The position numbers and the translations under genes are program-made. From assembly GCF_037042905.1 (NCBI RefSeq), contig NC_087245.1, positions 13,456,001 through 13,516,000 on the forward strand: a stretch of DNA of 60,000 nucleotides. The letters run 5' to 3'. Under the pieces are notes generated by a model that was given only the letters and a program-made list of their open reading frames with translations, did not search any database and was not told the origin of the DNA. This document shows, piece after piece, positions 51,401 to 60,000 of the stretch (position 1 is the stretch's first letter; each line of letters opens with the position of its first letter). The stretch is from Lytechinus pictus. Its lineage: Eukaryota.

Positions 51401-53679
51401 AAATGATGCAATTGGTAAGGAGCCGTTAAAACAATGGTAGAAAATACAAAGAAATACATGTATACATAAGAAACTCAAAGAACAATAAAATATACAAGCA
51501 CTGACTGTGGTATTATATTTTAAAGGCCGTACAATTATTCATATTATTATTTAGATGTAGGGTTTTAGAGGCGCAAATATTTTTTGACGTCTGACGAGGT
51601 TGTTATATAAATATTTCCCATCTTACGTCTCCTTTTGACTTCAAACATGATAACATAAACCATGGACAAATTGTTGTTGCGGCATTTATACTTTGCCCCC
51701 ACTGATATTTTGTTGAGCATTCTATTTTATTTAGTAATTCATGCCCACCTCCCCGCTCACGTCTCCCTCTCTTGTTCCCTTTCCTTTTCTTTTCTCTGCC
51801 CTTTCCTTTGTATTGTTTATTGTATTGTATTTTTGTCTAAAGGCGTATCCCGCCACAAGCCTAAGCTTTTAGGGTATACGCCTTCTTCCTTAAACACAAT
51901 ATGTACATATTAATATATATATATATATTTTTTTTTTATAACAAATTGATTTATGTATATGAATTTATGTTTGTGAAAAATGTAACGAAATGGAAGAAAA
52001 TAAATGTTTTATTTGAATTGAATTGAATTGAAAAAGTTTCAAAGAGACAAAATATTAAAACTGATTTTTAACGTGCATGCCTATTTTCAATAGACGAAAT
52101 GAATATTTTGCCCCGCCCACAAAAATATCATTGGTTAATAATTCATTATGTGCATGAAGAAATTGTTACGAAAAGTCAATGTTGCTAGATTTAACCCCCC
52201 CCCCCCCCCATAATTCAGCTCGCCCTTCACGGTTGCATGATATTTATAGTAGCCAAATATGTCCTCTTTATAGTTGACAAGATAGATATATTGGTAAAAT
52301 GTTAATCCTAGAGGCATTTTGGGGTATAAGTGGGGAACGGGTTTGTTTCACACAATTCAGATGTTCTGAATCTGATGAGACCTGGTGGGTGTTTCATAAA
52401 GCTGTTCGTAAGTTAAGAGCGACTTTAAGAACGACTGGTAAATCACCAATGAATATATAACAGTGAACATCATTTACCACAGGAAAGGATCACCAGTCGT
52501 TCTTAAAGTCGCTCTTATCTTACGAACAGCTTCATGAAACGGCCCCCTGGGGGTGTTTCATAAAGCTGTTCGTAAGTTAAGAGCGACTTTAAGAACGACT
52601 GGTGATCCTTTGGCATACAAAATGGCTGTCAATTGACCGCATAGAATCGTATATCTGCAATATTCTTTTAAATATATATTCGCTTTCACATACATGGAAA
52701 TGCAAAATCTTGCAAACATAACATGACCCATGCAGCAAAATTGGTTATTCTATTCTGGTTAATTAATTATGCAAATTTATGCACAGATTTGTTATTATTA
52801 TTTAGATGTAGGGTTTTAGAGGCACAGATATTTGTTGAAGCTGTTTGAGGTTGTTTCAAAGAGACAAAATATTAAAAATGATTTTGTGTATGCCCATGAA
52901 AACCATCCAACATTTTCAATATTATCACATGCACCTTTTGTAATCATAAACAGGATGAGTAGGCCTATCTAAATAATTAATGTCAATGCAAAGCTCTGCG
53001 AATAGTTTATATAGGCCTATTTACATGAAGAGTTTATAGTTTTATGATCGTTCGTTGGAATTCAAGTATGGGATAAATAATCTAATCAAATAATGCGAAA
53101 TCGTAGTGCGAGCTGACCATTGTTGATATTCATCACTTTTTATAATCATGAAAAGGATGCCTTATTGCGTAACTCGCTGAAATAGATAATGAAACTCGAA
53201 TTGCGAGCAGAATAATTTGTGCATATTAACTTTGAAACGTGATAAGTCAAGCCTATTGTTCACATTCAAATTTTTTCTCTTTTTGAAAAATTATGTTCCT
53301 TCTCTCCCCCTTTCCCTTTTCCCCTTCTCTTTTTTGTTATTAGTTTCGCCCTCTCCCCCTAATGTAAAAATAAACCGCTACCTCTTAGGGGTGTAGGTAT
53401 ATGCCAGTGTACTGTATATATGCTAAATTTACTTTCAAAAAGATAAAAACTTGAATTCATTATTTCATTTTACAAACAGCATGGAAGGCGTGTACAGCTG
53501 ACTGGAGTTGCAGCGAGGAAGCCGTACAGTTCTATATGAAACGCTACGCCACCAAAAAACGACTTGGTGAGACGCCAACATGTGAGCACTTTGCACGGAT
53601 TCATAATGGTGGTCCGAATGGTCACACTAGCTCCAGCACCAAACCCTATTGGAAAAAAGTGAAAAACTGCTTAAATTAG
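48420..53679 (+). CDS. Invertebrate-type (i-type, destabilase family) lysozyme, paralogue B; 3 coding exons join(48420..48480,49189..49365,53480..53679), 145 aa
   Basis: Exon 1 reads MLLLCLLFHLYFLLVSGGDP then G|GTAAGT. Exon 2 reads VPDDCLACICKVESGCKMPNPVCRDDVGSLSCGPYQIKEAYWIDAQEQKKKDDGGRLGR then T|GTGAGT. Exon 3 reads SWKACTADWSCSEEAVQFYMKRYATKKRLGETPTCEHFARIHNGGPNGHTSSSTKPYWKKVKNCLN*. Same intron phases as paralogue A, open frame throughout. AATAAA at 53737-53742. Confidence 0.95.
48629..48843. mobile_element. hAT-like MITE in lysozyme B intron 1
   Basis: TIR CATGGGCGGAAATC / GATTTCCGCCCATG; flanks agtcacgg / tttcacgg (6/8 match). Confidence 0.75.
52385..52610. mobile_element. Harbinger/Tourist-like MITE (52385-52546) plus adjacent truncated second copy
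   Basis: ~55-bp arms GTTTCATAAAGCTGTTCGTAAGTTAAGAGCGAC..., CTG flanks; left arm repeated at 52550-52610. Confidence 0.8.
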
Positions 53680-53888
53680 AGCAGTGTTAATATTGAACCT
53701 TGCTTGGAATAAGAATGGTTTAACAGTTTGAAATCTAATAAAAAGTAGACATAAAAAATGTAGATTATTCAAACGGTTATATGAGCAGATTGTAGACTAA
53801 AAAATGTGATCAGATTACTGTGGGTGGAGATCAAAGGTGTATGACATAAGTAACTCACCAATTGAATATAATATACAATAATATTAAC

Positions 53889-55263
53889 ACCAGGTCAAAG
53901 AGAGAATACATTCCGACTAAATATTTCAGTATTCACCTTTTAAAAGTACATGTATTAGTCATTAATATCATTATTCTTCTGGACTTATTGAAAAAAAATC
54001 CATTGGGAGGGATGCACCTGCTCATATGTATTAAGATATGTCATTTTACTATTTGAAACGATTGTGATATAAAATTTAATCATATAAATCATTTACAGGC
54101 ATGATAGCTTGATGAGGTATCGACTTACAATAAAAGAACGCCATCTGAGTCGAGTCTGGCGGCAACACATTCAAACCTGTTGAGCTTCTTTTTTTATTCA
54201 TTTTTCTTTTCACTTATTTGTCATGTCCTTCTGCTAACCGTCATTTCAGCATTTTATTTCAAGTGGTCACGTGATTTATAAATTCCTGTAATAAGATTAA
54301 GAGAGAAAGAAAAGGATTAACTCCTTACACAGTTTGTTTGGGCATGTGGTGGAATATGAAGGGAGGATGATCATTCTTGTTGCACCAATAGTGACATAAT
54401 ATTCGTTCAAAGGTGATACGTGAGGGGCCATGACGAAACGCCCAATTCAATTGCATTTCTCAAACTGTGTTATCAATGGGATTGACGCGGCAGTAACCAT
54501 GGCTGTATGAAGCGAGGGGCGGGGGCCGAAACCAAAAGTTTATTAAACTGTAAAGAGAAAGATGGTTTGCTTTTTCTTTCACACAATGTTACCAATTTCA
54601 GACCCGCAAACGAAAACCCCGTTTACATAAATTGTCTTATCGTAAGCGTAATATCGAAAGAGGATATCGAGATTGGATAGGAGGAGAGGTTTTACACTTT
54701 CACACTTACGGTGATGAAATTTTGGCGCATCATTAAAACCACTTATGGTATGATCTATTCAAAATGTATGTGTGGACGTATTCCTCTACATCTGATAGCA
54801 GTGAATTTGTCAAAACAGGAAAAAAAACCCGAGGTACAGAATGGGTGCAGGACATACTGGTTAGGAGACAACACTGTCCCCTATTTTGCAAAAAATAGAT
54901 TCGATGCATCATCAAAGAGAGAAAATATTATTTATTCTATTTTCCTTTTTTTGTAAGTAATATGGTCCCTTAAGATAATCATATTAAAGACTACGCTTTT
55001 TTTCCAACACATTAAAAGCAAATATAGTCTTGCATGGATAGTTCTGTTCTAGTCCAATTCCATTCAACTGTGGTCCAGGTAAAAATATGATATTATGAGA
55101 TTATTAAATGAAACTGCTGCCGAGATCCATGCAGAACATGACCAAAAATTCTACAAACACTGGCCTTCTAACCCTTCCTGCCTCCCATTCTATTATTAGA
55201 CGAATTCCACTTTGTATGAAAAGATCAGACAAGGATAACAAAATAATACTGACAATATGATAA
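53889..55263 (+). repeat. 3' flank of the lysozyme segmental duplication (copy B)
   Basis: Aligns to 22082-23480. Confidence 0.9.
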
Positions 55264-55424
55264 GTGCTCTACATATGCATATCCTGGCCTGTATGCTAAT
55301 GAAGGAACCGATGACTTCATTCACTCAAAACTGATTTTGTTGTTGTTGTTGAATATTTCATTTCTAGTAACTTGGTGATAGCGAAGTTCTTCTATTCACA
55401 AGAAACTGAATACGGATGACTTAA

Positions 55425-56020
55425 AGGGATGGTCCAGGCCGGAAATATTTATATCTCACTAAATAGAGTGAAATTCACAGAGCAAAATTATGAAAATTTG
55501 ATCAAATTCGGATCACAAATGACGAAGTTATTGAATATTAAAGATTTGCATTATTCCGGTGAAACAGTTCTTTGCATGTCTTTATGAATATTCATTAGGT
55601 GGGCTGATGATGTCATATCCCCACTAGTTCTTTTGTATTTTATTATATGAAATTAGGTTTATATAAAAATTTTCTACCAAGAACTAAAACAATTGGATTG
55701 ACAACTGATTAAGTGGATTAGTTATTTATTGCCGCAACTTATTTCATCATAATGGAGACACATGAATTACACATGCATGAAAAAATGAAACATTTATGAT
55801 TTCATGTAATAGCATAACAAAAAGGAAATGGGGATGTGACATCATCAGCCCACCTAATGAATATTCACGACGATGTGCATATAACTGTTTTCACAAAATA
55901 TTGATAAACTTTAAAATTCAATAACTTTGTTATTTGTTATCCGATTTTGATGAAATTTTCAGCATTTTGCTCTGTGAATTTTACTCCATTTATTGAGATC
56001 ATCATATTGGGACCATCCCT
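55425..56020. mobile_element. Kolobok-like MITE with long inverted arms
   Basis: TTAA|AGGGATGGTCC ... GGACCATCCCT|TTAA; ~200-bp imperfect arms. Confidence 0.85.
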
Positions 56021-58002
56021 TTAACATTATTACAGATCCCCGCTAGTATGACTCCCCCGTTCACGATCGGAGACTTGTACGTCACATACTGCGTATATTG
56101 ATGAAGTTCATCTCCATGGTCTATTTGTAAAGTATAGACGTCATATTGACACCATGGGAACATATCACCAAACCCTTTGAAAGTCACGCACTTTACAATG
56201 AAACGACCGAGTCTTGGTCATGTTTTACCTCTTGATTGTGAACCTCAAGGGTAGTGCGACATGGCGACGATTACCCCCTACGATTTTTTTTTCAAATTAA
56301 TAAGAAAACAATTATAAATGAAATTTAAAAAAAATGAAAATAAAGAAAAATAACAATAGCATATAAGTCAATGTTATCACACGAAGGAGTAAAGGGTGAG
56401 TTGCTTCGTTTCGAGTGCTATTTGCTATAAGTGACAATGCATAAAGTATAATATTTGGATAAAAGATGTCTAAGATTAAAATGATGCTACTAAAAGTGGG
56501 ACGATGGGGAAGCGGACTTTCGAATCACGAAAGTCCACTCCCCCATTTAATTTTTTTATATTTCAGTGATTGTTTTACTTAATTAAATTAAGTTGTTGTA
56601 ACGTTTTTTTTTCAGTAAAATGGATGAAAAGAAAATAAGTAATTTTTTTTAAAACTGCTTAAAACTTATAAATACTTAAAAAAAAATTAAGGCACTATTT
56701 TTCGCCTAAATTTTACTGAGTAATTTCAAATATTTTTTATGTTTACAGTGTAGTATTCGTCATGCAATGTGGACAATCGCCCCTGTAAGCATCTTATAGC
56801 GTAAGCTATGTTCCAAGGGCAACGGATTAATAAAATGTAAAAACAAGAGATGTGATAGACAACGCTGAATGATAGAAATGTATATATATGTATTACACCT
56901 GGTATACCTTAGTTCGTAAGTTAGGCGGAACATCGGGCTGCTGCAGCAAGTTTGGCAGCATCAGACATAAGACAGCAAAGACAATACTGCAGCCTCCCAT
57001 GGCCCCTAGATGATAGGTTTGATAAATTTGATTAAAAAAAAGAGTAACCTTTAGGTAATCTTGCCACCCCCAGCAAAATACCCTGAAGGTACCACTGGCA
57101 TGACTGGTGGACCTGAGGCGGGTCTATTGTCTGTGTTCAGGCTTTTTAAACATCTGTGTCATATTCTAACCTTTTCTAACCCTAAATTTCCTTTTTATTA
57201 TGCATAAAAATCGAATTTTTATGCACGATTGTTAAAAAACTCTCCCCACTATAATTATGTGCTATAGCCTTTCACACTTCGCCAAACGAATGTTTACTCT
57301 TTTACCTAACCACCCCATCCCCTTCTTCCCTTGATGGCAGAAACCTCGGTATTCCCTTAAACATGTTTTCGTGTTTTTTCGTTGTTTGTTTTGTTTTTGT
57401 TTTTGTTTTCTTTTTACATTTCTTGATTTTCTTATTTGATATATACGGCAATCAATTTTACTGTCAGGTATGTTTTGTTCATTCTCGACTCAACTAATCA
57501 AATAGGATGTTCGACCTCATGATGACTTGGCATGTCGTCTCTCCACTCCTTCTTCAGATCATGCTACTAAAATAGATATCTGAACAGCAATGAGTGATTT
57601 GTTATGACGATGTAAATAACTACATCGCCATTACAAACGGAGACTTCTTTAGTCTAGTCTTTCCTCTTGTATGCATGATCTTGCAATGTCAGGAGCGTAT
57701 TCGCACTTTATGGCAAACTATACACTCGCCCATCCCCCCCCCCAAAAAAAAAAAAACTTCTTCACCAAAAAAGACTTTACCGGTACATACTATCTGATCA
57801 AGCACTAGCATACTGCTCTTAACTGGCTGAAATGACATATTTTTGTTATTTTGTTAACTTTTTTTTTTAATTTTACCAGTGACACGTTTAAGCAGGTTAA
57901 AAGCCCCTTAAAGGTGGAGCCATGAAATTGATTTTTTGTTGTTGAAAATATCACTTTACCGATACCATGATGGCTCGACACCACAGTACTAACAAAAACA
58001 TA

Positions 58003-58225
58003 CACTCTAAAAAATATTGGGTAATTATGTGTCCAACCAACATTGGGCATTTTTATTCATCCAGTGTGATGAAAATTTTGCCCATTCTAAAGAAATTGCT
58101 GCTTATTTTTTAAAACTTACTGGACAATATGCTTCCTGCATTGGGTAAAATACTGCCCCAAATTGGTTGGACACATAATTACCCTCGTGGTGGTTAAAAT
58201 TTTACCCAATAATTTTTTTACAGTG
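58003..58225. mobile_element. Small MITE with CACT...AGTG ends and TA flanks
   Basis: TA|CACTCTAAAAAATATTGGGTAA ... TTACCCAATAATTTTTTTACAGTG|TA. Confidence 0.7.
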
Positions 58226-59557
58226 TACATGGTGTAGACAACCCTTTATATACATTTAGAGTTAACTGGATAAATTGAACCACGGTTTCAAAAAGCATAC
58301 CGTTAAAATTATGTCAAATGTAGTAATAAAATCTATCAGTAAGGCCGTGTTTATAAGGTCAATGACAAATTGATTTCCCTCACAACCCCCTATCAATTCC
58401 AGGGTAACTTAAACGACCCTTAAATCAACTCTAATTTGACTGACTACCCGATAAGCTCATGAGCAAGGGCTAATTATAAAAGGGATTTAAACAGTGCGTG
58501 AGACCAAACTAGTAGCAGAGAGAAATGAGATCGAATTTATTGAGTTAAAGTTCTAAGGTTACTTTGTAAAAATGAGTAGGAAAATCCCACGCGTTAAAAA
58601 AGCATGATAAAATATATATTGTAAAGATACACGAAGTCCTGAAAGCATGCATGCCCAAACAAATGCGATTCAAACTGTACAAAAACAAATGTGAATATTA
58701 CCAAAAAAATTCTAGCTGAATACCTCGTATAAAGCAGCAGTTTATTTTTAATGGAACTATGTAGCCAACCATAGACATCTTTGTGACAATTTCATATTCC
58801 AACCTCCATAAGCCTTACCTCTGCCATATTGCCTCTGTCATTTTTACCTATGCCATTTATTACCTGGCAACTTGTTTTAGACTCTCACACTGAATTTTTT
58901 GGTCTATGACACAAACATGAAAAATACAAAAATTATTCATCATGAATCATAACAGTTGTATTTCCCCCATTATCGAGTTCTTGCCCAATATGATATACGA
59001 ATTTATATATTTGGAGATCTGAATTTTTATTATTTCAAATTTATAATTAAAATGACAATGATTCTAATCAAATGTGTAGCAGAATTGCGTAATGGATGCC
59101 TACACTATCATGTGACTCGAATCTTCTTGTGACTTAATTTTAGGTGACAAATTATAATTTACTGTCATCTTTATCGTAATATCTATAATCCTCTAGGAAG
59201 AAACGAGTCTTATTCGACGAGAACAATACGGGTGCCTTTGTATTAAGATCCGATGGTCGTATGATCATTAAAACTCTGGTCACATTGACCAGAATTTGCT
59301 CCAGTTTGAACTAGAATAAAGTTGGTCAACATCGTATTGTAATCAGGCAATCGACCCAAATGTGACGAGATTTGTTTATCGGCTGATTTGCGGGCAGAAC
59401 TACTGTAGTTTCCCATGTGCAATATAGATTAATTCTAATATGGACGATAATAGTCATTTTGCATCACACATATTAATGTTGAGTGAAAATTTGTGGAAAA
59501 TGAAAACTTAGAAGAAAATTGTTTTGTAAAAGAAAGAAAGAAAAAGTTGATATAACT

Positions 59558-59720
59558 GGGCATGATGGCTTAGTGGTAGAGAGCCCGCTTCATGAACGGG
59601 GGTCTTAGGTTCGATCTCCGGCCGAGTCATACCAAAGACTTTTTTAAAAATGGGACCTTCTGCCTTCTTGTCAGGTTCTCAACTTTTGAGAATGGAGAAG
59701 AGTAATAATTTAATAATCAA
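59558..59720 (+). mobile_element. tRNA-derived SINE head
   Basis: A-box tggcttagtgg and B-box ggttcgatctc followed by non-tRNA body (gagtcataccaaagac...aaaatgggacc); no clean cloverleaf acceptor stem. Confidence 0.65.
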
Positions 59721-60000
59721 TGGTCAAAGAGGGAACATTCATGTTTGCTGATGAATAGATGTTTGGTCAATTGTTTCTGTTTGTTTCTGTTTCTGTTTGT
59801 GGTAACTCCCGTAGGAACTCGGCAGGACAGCATTTTTGCTGGTAAACGCCAAGCTGGTATATAACCAATTACCTTGGAAACATTTTACGTCTAGGTTAAT
59901 CAGTCATAGTGGCTGACGTAATAGACGACAGATATCACTATTGGGCCTTTTTATCAAAGTGGATCCAATGGCAGAGTTGGGATTCGAACTCACAACCTTG

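Overview
AT-rich, repeat-dense eukaryotic DNA. It is most likely from an echinoderm, probably a sea urchin; this is inferred from the echinoderm-style i-type lysozyme, a TU-like foldback transposon and Deu/Nin-type SINEs. The only protein-coding genes I can support are two tandem, same-strand, 3-exon invertebrate-type (i-type/destabilase) lysozyme paralogues at 20004-22068 and 48420-53679. Both are intact. They are 100% identical over the catalytic 5' part of exon 2 but about 23% divergent in exon 3. They have opposite net charge and differ by a CAG/TAG switch that adds a Cys-containing tail to one copy. Between them lie a decayed CR1/L2-like LINE (PHD-APE-RT ORF2), a 4-kb TU/foldback-like element with an 8-bp TSD, a 2.9-kb TIR element, two LTR-like blocks and a recent ~2.45-kb tandem triplication with a chimeric middle unit. 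A splice-flanked 116-nt block is near-invariant in four copies. The rest is MITEs (Kolobok-, Harbinger-, hAT-, Tc1-, Sola-like), SINEs and LINE tails, with weak hints of a minus-strand gene running off the left edge. Nearly all ORFs in the supplied track are spurious.
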